IMG/VR virus record: IMGVR_UViG_3300048011_000525
Span: 32,001 to 96,000 of that record
Reading direction: 5' to 3' (one strand)
DNA length: 64,000 nucleotides
Origin: a virus
Below, piece after piece: positions 9,601-18,902 of this stretch (position 1 is its first letter; the number at the start of each line of letters is the position of its first letter). The notes under the pieces are model-generated. The model made no database searches and was not told the DNA's origin. It saw only the letters and a list, made by a program, of their open reading frames with translations. Position numbers and translations under genes: made by a program.

Positions 9601-10692
9601 TTACTCCTCGACTGGTTGTAATTCATCAGTGTCAATGTCTTCGGTAACATCGTCGTCCGCGGTATTTACCACTTGCGATTGTTTTACGAGATAATCTGAC
9701 ATTACCTTGTCGAGGTTTTCACCAATCCACTTTTTACGATAGTCAAGGATTTCTTCACCATCAAGTGTAGTGTATGCAAGCCTGTTGCCTTGCTTTTTAA
9801 TAATGTCTTTTGCTTCAAACAATTCAAGCAAGCCACTATAAGGATTCATACCTGTTTCGTATGGAATCTTAACCTGTACGCCTTCAAACGGTTTAGCATA
9901 ACGTGTTTTCATAACTTTACAGCCTGCACGAATACCCATAACCTGGCTAATCTTATTGCCATCTTCATCTTCTTTTAGTTTCAATTTCTTCATTGCAACT
10001 ACAATAGATGATGCATAGATAAAGCCTTGTCCACCTGAAATCTTATCATCTGGATCAAACATATCTTGCGATGCGTATGTGTGGTTAGTACAAACTAATC
10101 CTACGTTATGGCTACCAATCATGTTAACTGTATTACGAACAAGTGAAGTCAATGCCTTAGGCTTACGACCCATATCACCTTTCATATCACCTTTGTTAAA
10201 CTGATCAACATCTGTAGGTGTTAGCAACATACCCAAACTATCAATAACAAACAATACTTTAGGACGATCTTCGTCTGGCATTGCTTTGTAGTCTGTCATA
10301 AATGTTGAAATAGTTTTTGCTACATCATCAATCATTGACATATTAAGTTTAAGTAGTTTTTCTTCTGAAGTGTCTACATCTAATGCATGTAGCCACGATT
10401 CATCAAGTGCATTCTCTGAGTCAATTAGTACTACAAAAATGCCTTGTTTTTGTGCTTCTTTTACAATGTTACCTGCACAGATATATGATTTACCTGCACC
10501 AGACTCTCCTGCAAAAACTGTAACCTTACCCATTGGAACACCTTTGTTAAAGTCTCCTGAGATAAGATAGTTGAGTGCGTAGTTACCTGTGCTAATCCAA
10601 TCAGTAGGGTCATTAAAACCTGCACTCATACCTGAAATAGATTTAGTTAACGAGTTTCTAAACTTCGTTGGGTCGAATGATTTATTCGCCAT
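9601..10692 (-). CDS. uvsX: RecA-like recombinase UvsX
   Basis: Walker A GESGAGKS, LIDSENA, VIDSLG, SGG; AGGAG SD. Confidence 0.93.
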   Translation of the reverse strand: MANKSFDPTKFRNSLTKSISGMSAGFNDPTDWISTGNYALNYLISGDFNKGVPMGKVTVFAGESGAGKSYICAGNIVKEAQKQGIFVVLIDSENALDESWLHALDVDTSEEKLLKLNMSMIDDVAKTISTFMTDYKAMPDEDRPKVLFVIDSLGMLLTPTDVDQFNKGDMKGDMGRKPKALTSLVRNTVNMIGSHNVGLVCTNHTYASQDMFDPDDKISGGQGFIYASSIVVAMKKLKLKEDEDGNKISQVMGIRAGCKVMKTRYAKPFEGVQVKIPYETGMNPYSGLLELFEAKDIIKKQGNRLAYTTLDGEEILDYRKKWIGENLDKVMSDYLVKQSQVVNTADDDVTEDIDTDELQPVEE

Positions 10693-10715
10693 GTGTATCT
10701 CCTATCTAAAAAGTT

Positions 10716-10766
10716 GGGCAACTAAAAAGGGTTGCAATCAGTAAAAGCAACCCTTTTAGCTTGCTC
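10716..10766. terminator. Long hairpin between gp32 and uvsX (terminator or RNA-processing site)
   Basis: aaaagggttgc ... gcaaccctttt 11-bp stem with additional outer pairing. Confidence 0.55.
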
Positions 10767-10769
10767 TTA

Positions 10770-11741
10770 TTAACCTTGACGGCTTCTAATCATTGCTAGA
10801 ATGTCTTGGGCGTTGCCACCTTCTGCAGGAGCCGCTTCAGCCGCTGGTGCTGGAGTTGCTACTGGTGCTGCCTCTGCTACTGGAGCAGGTGCTGCCGCAG
10901 GAGTTGGTGCAGGAGTACTTGCTGCCGGAGCAACAGGGTCACCTGTACGTTGTGCCATACCCGCTGGACGGAAATATTGTCCCCAACGATCCATGTCAAA
11001 TGCTTCACCATCTACTGATGCTTCGAACATTTCTTGCATGACTTTGAGTTCAACATCGCCTGGCTTTTTAGGTAAGAAGTCACTTAGATTAAACAATCCG
11101 TGTGCATTAACAGCAGCCATTTCATTATCACCTAGTGGACGATCTCTACGTGCCCAATTAGATGTTGAATAGTCTGCATATCCGCCTTTAGTAGTTTTAT
11201 TAAGACGGAAGTCTACACCAGCAGTATAATCTGTTGGCAATTCTTCCATATCTGGATCCATAAGCGCCTGCTTAATGATATTGAAGATTTGAGGACCGAT
11301 AATAAATCTACGGATTGGATTCTCCGGAGTAGTGTCCTCGTTTAATGGGTTATCCGTTACAAAGCCTTGGAAGATGTAAGAACGCTTTTTCCAATACTTA
11401 CGACCCATATCTTCTAGACTTGGATCTTTAAACCAACCACGTACTTCGTTAAGAATGTTACATGTTTCGCCATACATTTCCATACACGGAATTTGTACTT
11501 GTACTGGACGCGAATCTGTTTGTCCTTTAACGCCTGCAAATGGTAGTTTAATTACCAAACGCTCTTGCCAAAAGAATGTGTTATCAGCGTTGCCATCAGG
11601 AAGGAAACGCAGAGTTGAACTCTCGCCTTCTTTCATATTCCAAAATGGGTAAATGCTGTTGTCACCACCGCCTGAATTGCGGTTGTTGTTTCCTGATTCT
11701 TGCTCTTTGAGCTTTGCTCGGATTTCTGCTAATGATGCCAT
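10770..11741 (-). CDS. 32: Single-stranded DNA-binding protein (gp32-like)
   Basis: LRFLP, YWKKRSY, GVDFRLNKT, YADYSTS; Ala/Pro-rich linker and C-terminal DILAMIRSR. Confidence 0.88.
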   Translation of the reverse strand: MASLAEIRAKLKEQESGNNNRNSGGGDNSIYPFWNMKEGESSTLRFLPDGNADNTFFWQERLVIKLPFAGVKGQTDSRPVQVQIPCMEMYGETCNILNEVRGWFKDPSLEDMGRKYWKKRSYIFQGFVTDNPLNEDTTPENPIRRFIIGPQIFNIIKQALMDPDMEELPTDYTAGVDFRLNKTTKGGYADYSTSNWARRDRPLGDNEMAAVNAHGLFNLSDFLPKKPGDVELKVMQEMFEASVDGEAFDMDRWGQYFRPAGMAQRTGDPVAPAASTPAPTPAAAPAPVAEAAPVATPAPAAEAAPAEGGNAQDILAMIRSRQG

Positions 11742-11822
11742 AGTTAATGCCTCCTAAATGTTATGCCTATGTGCAGTAGCTACATTGCTACTAGTGCCTG
11801 TTTTGTTTGTAGCACAGTTCTT

Positions 11823-11851
11823 ATTATATGCTATTCTACAAACGTTGTCAA
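11823..11851 (-). promoter_or_regulatory. Perfect sigma70 promoter for the gp32-uvsX-uvsY unit
   Basis: Minus strand TTGACA acgtttgtagaatagca TATAAT (17-nt spacer). Confidence 0.85.
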
Positions 11852-11904
11852 GTCTTTTTTAAAGAAAAACTTAAAAACTTAATGGATTACTCATCCAATT
11901 CTAT

Positions 11905-14031
11905 TTATCTTAAGCCTGCTAGTTCTTTCATTCTTTCGAATTCTTCTGACTGTCCTGCTTTTGATCTAATGTAGTCTGCTAAGATTAACATTCTATCAGC
12001 AGCTTCGCCTGCTGTATCTTTCTTTAAAGGATTGTCAAAAATGCTAAATGTTTTCTTAGTAAATTCTTTTGCTTTCTGCTCAAGCATGTCTGCAACTTTA
12101 TCCATCGGTGCATTATACTTCTTGAGCATATCAACCATTTTTTGTGCTGCACTGTCGTCGCCCATAACAAAATCTTTAGTAATACCTTGTAACAGCTTTT
12201 CAAGTACACCTGCTCCGCCATCGTCTGGTAGACCTTCTTCCATGTCTGCTTCTTTGTAGCCCATTACTTCTGCAACTTTGTCACTGATCATTTCAATGAA
12301 CTTTTTAGCAGGAGTAATGTATTGCTCGCCGTAGTCTTTTTCTACCATTGTTAATACTGCTGTTTCGCCTTTTGGAAACTGCCCTGTTTCACGATCGAAG
12401 TAACTAAGAATAAATTCGCCTAACGGTGTTTTTTCGTCTTCTTTTTCTAATTTAATCTTTTCGCCATCTGGACCATCAATTTCGTCGCCTTTTTTCTTGC
12501 CATCTCTTTTAGCATCTTGTACTGCTTTAGCGTATGCATTGCCTTCATCCATGTTGTCCATTACGTTAGCAACCATTTCGGCAGCTTCTTCGCCGTCTGT
12601 TCCGGTAATTTTTTCTATATCGTCAAACATTGCTTTAGTAATAGGCATAGCTTCTAGTGCTTTTTCTTGATCGTCGTAATCCCAATCTGCGTAAGGCTTA
12701 CCAATCATTTTTTCTGCTTTTGCAGTTTCATTTTGTTCGTAAGCATCACTAAAGATTCCACTATCCATTAAGAACTTTACGTAGCCTTCTGGAAGAGTGT
12801 CGCCGTTGTTACCAATTTTTGTTTCGTATTTTTTGACCCAGGCTTCAATCTCACTTGTCTTTTCTTCTTCGCCTTCTGCAAATTGACCCATCATCTCGTT
12901 AAAGCCTTGCTCTAGTTCGGCTTCTTCTGGTACACAATTGTTGACACGTTTGCCGCCCTTCATTTTAGTTTTAGGGTTGCCAATCTTTTTACCGTCCCAA
13001 CATGCTGGCCCGCCTGCTGGTGAGCTTTTCTTTTCACTCATTAAATCTTCAGCAGTAAGTTCTTCAGCCTTAGTTGCTTCACTTACTAGTTTATAAATGT
13101 ACGGGAATACATCTGCTAATTCTTCATTAAACTGCTTGATAGTTAATTGATCAATCCAATTTTCAGCAACATCACTTGGAACATCTTCCATTACTGCTGG
13201 AGCAAATGCTTCAAATGTTTCTTTGTAATATGCAGGACGTTGTAGAGATTCTAGTGTCTTTTTAACTGTGGCGATACGTGTTTTAACTACGTCCATATAC
13301 TCGCTTAGGCTTTCTGCCATTACAGCACTACGACCCATGTAAGTTTTAAACTTGCGCAATTTTGACATTTCTTCTGACATACTAACAATATGCTTACCAA
13401 AATCATCATAAGCGTTTCCGCCTTCTGCTACGTGACGTGCCATTGCTCTTGCACCAGTTAAGTGCTTGTATGGATATTTAAATCTTTCGCCTTCTGCGCT
13501 TTCGATGTATAATGAGCCAACTTTCTTTGCTCTACCACCTGGTATTTCTTGATTAATGCCTTCGGTGTGTTTAATCATTAAACGTGCTCCATCAAAGTCT
13601 TGATAACTTACTCTTGATGTGCCGTACATCTTTGATTCATTCATGTTTTCGTCCCCGCCACGGTTATTTGCTAAAAATTTGTAATCTCTACTATCTAAAT
13701 TTGATTTAGTAATATCTCTTGTGTCAAATGCTAGTGTTCGCTTTCTTGCAAACATTCTCAATTCTTTTAAAAAGTCGTACCAGCCAGTCTTAGTTGAGTC
13801 ACCTTCGTTGGCAACTAAATCTTCACCATAAACAACTGCTACACCTTTTTCATCTAAACTTATGCTTACTTTTCCTACAGGACGTCCTTCACTAACAAAG
13901 TTAAAGTCGAAGTAACGACCTAACTTAGGTTCGTTTGTTACATTACCTTCGGCATCGCCGATAGTAACACTAGGAAAACGTCCTCGTATTTTATTGAATA
14001 GTTCTTCTGCTGTTAAGTCTAAATTCTGCAT
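11905..14031 (-). CDS. Large acidic late protein, probable head/internal virion protein (true start probably 14031, MQNLDLT)
   Basis: TAAATA 4 nt before the ATG at 14031; the longer ORF-track start overlaps gp17; modular acidic C-terminal half ending RMKELAGLR. Confidence 0.6.
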   Translation of the reverse strand: MQNLDLTAEELFNKIRGRFPSVTIGDAEGNVTNEPKLGRYFDFNFVSEGRPVGKVSISLDEKGVAVVYGEDLVANEGDSTKTGWYDFLKELRMFARKRTLAFDTRDITKSNLDSRDYKFLANNRGGDENMNESKMYGTSRVSYQDFDGARLMIKHTEGINQEIPGGRAKKVGSLYIESAEGERFKYPYKHLTGARAMARHVAEGGNAYDDFGKHIVSMSEEMSKLRKFKTYMGRSAVMAESLSEYMDVVKTRIATVKKTLESLQRPAYYKETFEAFAPAVMEDVPSDVAENWIDQLTIKQFNEELADVFPYIYKLVSEATKAEELTAEDLMSEKKSSPAGGPACWDGKKIGNPKTKMKGGKRVNNCVPEEAELEQGFNEMMGQFAEGEEEKTSEIEAWVKKYETKIGNNGDTLPEGYVKFLMDSGIFSDAYEQNETAKAEKMIGKPYADWDYDDQEKALEAMPITKAMFDDIEKITGTDGEEAAEMVANVMDNMDEGNAYAKAVQDAKRDGKKKGDEIDGPDGEKIKLEKEDEKTPLGEFILSYFDRETGQFPKGETAVLTMVEKDYGEQYITPAKKFIEMISDKVAEVMGYKEADMEEGLPDDGGAGVLEKLLQGITKDFVMGDDSAAQKMVDMLKKYNAPMDKVADMLEQKAKEFTKKTFSIFDNPLKKDTAGEAADRMLILADYIRSKAGQSEEFERMKELAGLR

Positions 14032-14041
14032 ATTGTATTTA

Positions 14042-15619
14042 TCATATGTTACTGCTAATGAAGATTGGCATTGGTGGTTCGTAATCTTCGTCATGTTCTG
14101 CTTGATTAAATGTATTATATACTCTCGGATCCCAGTCTTTGAGTACAGCCATCATTCTAATAGCTAATAAAGTTGCACTAATTAAATCATCAGTCATACC
14201 CGATTTAGCATTAAAACTTGAACCTGTTGCTACAAAACCTTTTAACTCGCCTATTAAAGGTTTTGAATGTACAGTCATTTTGTCGCCTTCTACCATTGTT
14301 TTTAAACGACTACATGCTGTAATCTTTGTACTGTGTGTAGTATTAAAGCCTTTGCGGAACTTCCTAACGTGACCTTTTCTCATCGGTTCACTAACGAACA
14401 AACCCGGTATGTTCTCTTCCCCAAAATCGTTTATAACGATCAGCGCCGCTTCTCCTATGCCATTGTTTTCCACACTCCAGTACACATTGTTAGCACCCGA
14501 TGCATCTGCAAGATATTTACATATATCAGATAGGATTCTAATTTGTCCTGGTATAGCAGTTTGATTGTGTTGCCATTCTGCTACCTGTTCATAGCTTGGT
14601 AGCTCAAACACTTGTATAGCTGCATTGTCGCCGCCTGTTCCCATGCTAGGGTCAAGTGCTACTGCATACGTAAACTGGCTTGTAGGCTTCTTATACCAGC
14701 GTGTTTGCCCCATATTAAGTACAGGATTTCCACCTTCCATAGCTGCTAATTTAATTGAGTTAATAAGAGTTTCGTCGAATACTAGGAATTCACAACCGTA
14801 TTCACGACGGAATTTTTCTTCACCAATACGACCAATTTCATCTTCTTTCCATTTGTCGTCACGATCTGGATGTTCATTCCAGTTAGCCATAAATGATCGA
14901 AAGCCATTAACTCCTGTTTCAGTTTCATTGCCATGTGCATCAAACTTTTGCTCTGCTTGTTTCCAAATAGTAGCAAATGTATCTTCATCCGAGTTAGGTG
15001 TGCTGGTAATAATAGCACGACCACCTGTTGCTAGTGTAGGAGATATTGATGTCCAAAACTCTTCCGCAATGTTAGGTTGCACAAATGCAAACTCGTCACA
15101 GTATAGTAATGATATACTCATACCACGTCCTGTATTACCTGTGGTAGTTTGCGCTACAATACGACTTCCGTTTTCAAACTCAATTGATTGTTTGTTGTAA
15201 CTAGTAACACCAGCTCTAATATGATCCGGACAAGTTTCGTACACATAACGTATACGTGACATAATCTCTTGTGCGCCTGTATACTTGTGAGCTGCAACAA
15301 GTATAGTTTGATCTGGATTATACATTGCATACCAAGCAAGATAGATACTAGCACAAGTAGTTTTACCTGTCTGCCTAGGCATCATATTAATATTAAATCG
15401 ATAGTTATGGTAAGTGTCCATTAGACCTAACTGATAGTCATAAGGATCAAACAACAACTTCCCTTTTACAGGATGCTGAATGTATGCAAAATGTTTTGCA
15501 AAATACAAATAGCCATCTTTAGGATCCATGCATTTAGCAATGTCCTCTATTTGAGCATTTGTAAATGTTTCTTGTTTGTTCGCCTTTTTAATTAGGACGC
15601 CGTCTAATGATGCTGCCAT
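14042..15619 (-). CDS. 17: Terminase large subunit (gp17-like)
   Basis: PRQTGKT Walker A, LLYCDEFAF Walker B, ITSTPN, nuclease ALDPS, VENN, DDL. Confidence 0.95.
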   Translation of the reverse strand: MAASLDGVLIKKANKQETFTNAQIEDIAKCMDPKDGYLYFAKHFAYIQHPVKGKLLFDPYDYQLGLMDTYHNYRFNINMMPRQTGKTTCASIYLAWYAMYNPDQTILVAAHKYTGAQEIMSRIRYVYETCPDHIRAGVTSYNKQSIEFENGSRIVAQTTTGNTGRGMSISLLYCDEFAFVQPNIAEEFWTSISPTLATGGRAIITSTPNSDEDTFATIWKQAEQKFDAHGNETETGVNGFRSFMANWNEHPDRDDKWKEDEIGRIGEEKFRREYGCEFLVFDETLINSIKLAAMEGGNPVLNMGQTRWYKKPTSQFTYAVALDPSMGTGGDNAAIQVFELPSYEQVAEWQHNQTAIPGQIRILSDICKYLADASGANNVYWSVENNGIGEAALIVINDFGEENIPGLFVSEPMRKGHVRKFRKGFNTTHSTKITACSRLKTMVEGDKMTVHSKPLIGELKGFVATGSSFNAKSGMTDDLISATLLAIRMMAVLKDWDPRVYNTFNQAEHDEDYEPPMPIFISSNI

Positions 15620-15633
15620 ACAAGTATTTAACC

Positions 15634-15660
15634 AAAAAAATAGGCACCGGAGTGCCTATT
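15634..15660 (-). terminator. Rho-independent terminator
   Basis: Stem aataggcac/gtgcctatt with a 4-nt loop, followed by a U-tract on the minus strand. Confidence 0.75.
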
Positions 15661-15682
15661 GAGTTAAGTGTTACGATAGTTA

Positions 15683-16393
15683 TTAACTACAGCCGCAACT
15701 GCCGCAAGCCATTAACTTTTGTTTTGCTTCGCCACATTCTGGACATGCTTCCATATCTGCGCCGTCTTCGTGATCGTGATCGCCTTCTGGATCACCTTCT
15801 TTAAAGTTTGCATAATCATCTTGTAATGCTTTAAGAATTATTTGCTCTAATGTTTCTTCTTCATCTTCAACAGCCATTGGATTGTCGCCGTCTTGTGTAG
15901 CAGCGTATGCTTTTTTAGACTTATGCAAATCATCACCGGAATCAATTACGTCATCAATTGAACTATACTGTTCGTCTGGCTCGTTATCGTATTCTGATAC
16001 TGCTTCGTCATCCATCTCAATTGAGTCATTACAGCTACTTGCACCAATATGCTTTTTGCCGCATTTTGGACAAGGTTCGTCTTGTATGCCTGGTTTTAGG
16101 TCGTCCATGTCTTTTGGTCCGTCTACAATATCACGTAGTCTTTCCATGTCTTGGCGCGGTGGCATCATATCTGCACCAACTTCGCCTGCATCTTTTAATC
16201 CTGCATTTTTCATCATGTCAATTAAGTCTGCAACATGATCTTTACCACGTGCATTTAATGACACATTCATTGAAACTGGATCGCCTTTGTCTTCTGCTGG
16301 TTGTGGCGGCATAGGTGGTACCATTGGCATGCCTTCTTCTACGCCACATTCTTCAATATTATCCATTGATTCTAGTAGTTTTTTCATATTCAT
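15683..16393 (-). CDS. Acidic hypothetical protein with Cys/His clusters (start probably 16393, MNMKKLLES)
   Basis: GGAGG SD before 16393; CPKCGKKH and C-terminal CPEC...CGSCGCS. Confidence 0.6.
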   Translation of the reverse strand: MNMKKLLESMDNIEECGVEEGMPMVPPMPPQPAEDKGDPVSMNVSLNARGKDHVADLIDMMKNAGLKDAGEVGADMMPPRQDMERLRDIVDGPKDMDDLKPGIQDEPCPKCGKKHIGASSCNDSIEMDDEAVSEYDNEPDEQYSSIDDVIDSGDDLHKSKKAYAATQDGDNPMAVEDEEETLEQIILKALQDDYANFKEGDPEGDHDHEDGADMEACPECGEAKQKLMACGSCGCS

Positions 16394-16394
16394 T

Positions 16395-16907
16395 TTAGTT
16401 AGCCTCCGGTGCCGCTGCACTTGGATCGTGCTCACGTTCTTTGCGAGCCACTTCTAGCTCTTTTAACAAATCCATAACACGGTTTCCGCCTACACTTTCT
16501 TGTGCGCTTTCGCCGCCCATGTCTTCTTGTGTTAATTTAGTTTGGTAAGTAGTATCTTCTGGCATTGCTTGATACTTCTCTTGCATTTCATCTGGATTAC
16601 GTACAATAATGTGTGCTTGATCAATATTACAACATTGTCCAATGTATTCTTGCAACACTTGCTGTGTTGAGGGATAATTAAGTTCAACTTCGTAATATGT
16701 AACTTCCATGTTTTCTAATTGTGGAAAATCTAATGGACGTTCTTGTATTGGAGTCTTTTTACCTTTAGACATTGAAGCAACACTGTACTTTTCTAAACAG
16801 CTTTTGATGCTATCTTCGCAGCCTTCGGGTAGTGCGCCAGCAATACCAACTTTAAAGTTATAAGTCTTTTTAGACTCATTTAGTAATTCTTGAAATCGTG
16901 TTTCCAT
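16395..16907 (-). CDS. Hypothetical late protein
   Basis: 170-aa ORF preceded by TAAATA (16929-16934) and AGGA. Confidence 0.65.
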   Translation of the reverse strand: METRFQELLNESKKTYNFKVGIAGALPEGCEDSIKSCLEKYSVASMSKGKKTPIQERPLDFPQLENMEVTYYEVELNYPSTQQVLQEYIGQCCNIDQAHIIVRNPDEMQEKYQAMPEDTTYQTKLTQEDMGGESAQESVGGNRVMDLLKELEVARKEREHDPSAAAPEAN

Positions 16908-16927
16908 TGTACATATCCTATTATATG

Positions 16928-17428
16928 TTATTTATCTTTATCGAGTCCTTTGAGCTTCTCTAGTAGACTATTTCTATCTGTAACAACATACCCTTCGCCG
17001 CTGATCATACCGTCATCGCTAGGGCCGCTGTCCTTGTCCATCTTTTCTTTTTTAAGTTGTAGCTCAATCATCTTTAATTTTTTGTCTAGTTTAGCAGTTT
17101 TTGCGTCTAATGATGTTTTAAGCATGTTACCTGCAACTTCAAATACACGCCCACTGTAGCGACTTTCTACATTCATGCCTAAATCCATTAAATCGTCATA
17201 TGCTGTTAAAGCACGTTGTGCAATGTCTTCAAGTTCACTGTCTGCTCTATCGCCTAAACCCTTTACTCGAGGTAACGCACTTGCAATTTTGTCAAAGTCT
17301 TCTATATCACGAAAACTTTCTTCGTGAGCTAGTTCATGTTTAGCTTGAGCTTTTTCTTGCTCTTGTGCTTGTTTGATGATTTCTTTCGAATCATCCATAT
17401 TAAGCAAATCTTCTAATTTTTTAGTCAT
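16928..17428 (-). CDS. 16: Terminase small subunit (gp16-like)
   Basis: Helical protein with GRVFEVAGNMLKT (cf. the gp16 RAFEV-type motif) and C-terminal DRNSLL; close to gp17. Confidence 0.65.
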   Translation of the reverse strand: MTKKLEDLLNMDDSKEIIKQAQEQEKAQAKHELAHEESFRDIEDFDKIASALPRVKGLGDRADSELEDIAQRALTAYDDLMDLGMNVESRYSGRVFEVAGNMLKTSLDAKTAKLDKKLKMIELQLKKEKMDKDSGPSDDGMISGEGYVVTDRNSLLEKLKGLDKDK

Positions 17429-17457
17429 TGTTCCATACCATTAACTGCTACTATTAT

Positions 17458-18093
17458 TTAGTCAAATTCATAGTTGTATGTATTAATATCAGTTTTGTAT
17501 TTTTTATATACAATATCTTTTAGTTTAGGTGTATAATAATCTTGATATGATGTTCGATTAATTGTTTTATTTTTTATAGGGAGAGGAGTAAAACAATTAA
17601 TTTTTTCTTGTACAACTAAAAAATCGTTGTTTATATTTTCTAATTTTAAAACATAATCGCATTCGTGTGCCCAGTGATGTTGATTAAGTTTTTTAAATTC
17701 TGTTAAATAACCTTCAAACCCTATAGATTCTAAATGAAATGCTCGATGTTTTTGTAGCTCTAAATTATATTTAGATTTTCTTTTTTTTTCAAGTTCGAGA
17801 TTGTTTTTTAGTTTATCTACATAGATTTTTGCAAGTTCTAATTCAAAAGTATACCAACTAACGCACCAGTTCCACGGATTTCTTACTACACAAAATGTCC
17901 AACCTAATTCTTGTCGCGTTAAAGGTCCTAAACTATGATTGCCGTTTATAACTTGCTGTAATGTGGCGTGTTGTTTTCTTTTTGTAGTTTTTGTAGTTGC
18001 ATTTTCCTTTAACCAGTCAGTGATACTATTACCGCCAGTTTTTGGAATATGTATAAAAGTACAATTATAAGGTTCTGTTAATATTGTTGCCAT
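17458..18093 (-). CDS. Sulfotransferase family 2 protein
   Basis: PAPS-binding FIHIPKTGGNSI and VVRNPW..CVSWY; C-terminal YKTDINTYNY; AT-rich. Confidence 0.8.
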   Translation of the reverse strand: MATILTEPYNCTFIHIPKTGGNSITDWLKENATTKTTKRKQHATLQQVINGNHSLGPLTRQELGWTFCVVRNPWNWCVSWYTFELELAKIYVDKLKNNLELEKKRKSKYNLELQKHRAFHLESIGFEGYLTEFKKLNQHHWAHECDYVLKLENINNDFLVVQEKINCFTPLPIKNKTINRTSYQDYYTPKLKDIVYKKYKTDINTYNYEFD

Positions 18094-18530
18094 TATCTTC
18101 GTTTTCCGCTATGGAATATATCTTGTTCAGTTATAATTCTAAAAAATATACCCTTTTGTTTGCAATAAGCTCTGGCTGCTTCCCACTTGGCTTGATTAAC
18201 AATCCATGCTGCTTGATTGTGTCTACTACGACCTAATTTTTCTTTAACTGTTTGATTTTCAGGTTTAACTTCTATAAGTTCAACTCTTGATTTACCTTTT
18301 TTATCGGCATAAGCAATAAAAAAGTCGGGAACATAAATTGTATGCTTACCAGTTAATGGATTTTTATATGGAATTTTAATTGCTTCTGAAGCCCATTTTG
18401 CAACACTCGGGTGTTCGTCGCAAAATTTCATAAATGTAAACTCCCAACTGCTTCTATAAGTTGGAGTCTTTGTACCTATATATTTCTCTGGATTTTTGAG
18501 AGTAAATTTTCCCTGTGCAAATCTTCCCAT
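18093..18530 (-). CDS. 4: Head completion protein (gp4-like, TnsA endonuclease fold)
   Basis: KNPEKY, YRSSWE, WASE, YVPDF, LIEVKP, NQAKWEAA. Confidence 0.88.
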   Translation of the reverse strand: MGRFAQGKFTLKNPEKYIGTKTPTYRSSWEFTFMKFCDEHPSVAKWASEAIKIPYKNPLTGKHTIYVPDFFIAYADKKGKSRVELIEVKPENQTVKEKLGRSRHNQAAWIVNQAKWEAARAYCKQKGIFFRIITEQDIFHSGKRR

Positions 18531-18536
18531 AGCATA

Positions 18537-18902
18537 CTAGTAGATAATATTTCTTTTCTCAAGTCGTTCATACTTGGATTCAACTTTAAAACCTAGTGTA
18601 CTAGTTTTTTCTCTATTATAGTTTAGTACATTAGCAACAATGTCACTTAGTTGTGTTTTGTTTAGTCCTTGCAAACTATCTATAAGTTCAAATACTTTTA
18701 TATTATCAATCTTTGCTTGTTGTAATAAAACTGTTGCAACTGCAATAGCACTTGATTTTTCAAAATCTCTATTTTCAAAAAATCCAATAACTGCGTCAAC
18801 ATCACTTGCAGGGTAAGATATTTTTTCTGTTAAATATTGATTAAAAAATTCTTTAACTGCACCTGCACTATCATTTGATTGTTGTTTTGGTAAATTTGAC
18901 AT
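18537..18902 (-). CDS. Hypothetical protein in the tail/head cluster
   Basis: 121-aa ORF translationally coupled to the upstream gene. Confidence 0.65.
   Translation of the reverse strand: MSNLPKQQSNDSAGAVKEFFNQYLTEKISYPASDVDAVIGFFENRDFEKSSAIAVATVLLQQAKIDNIKVFELIDSLQGLNKTQLSDIVANVLNYNREKTSTLGFKVESKYERLEKRNIIY

Noticed and set aside
10793-11172. Three overlapping + strand ORFs (Ala/Gly-, Leu- and Cys/Trp-rich)
   Set aside because: Antisense shadows of the Ala/Pro-rich gp32 linker; no SD or promoter.
18093-18530. TnsA-like transposase / mobile element
   Set aside because: Matches the T4 gp4 head-completion family in a structural-gene context; no other transposon genes or terminal repeats.
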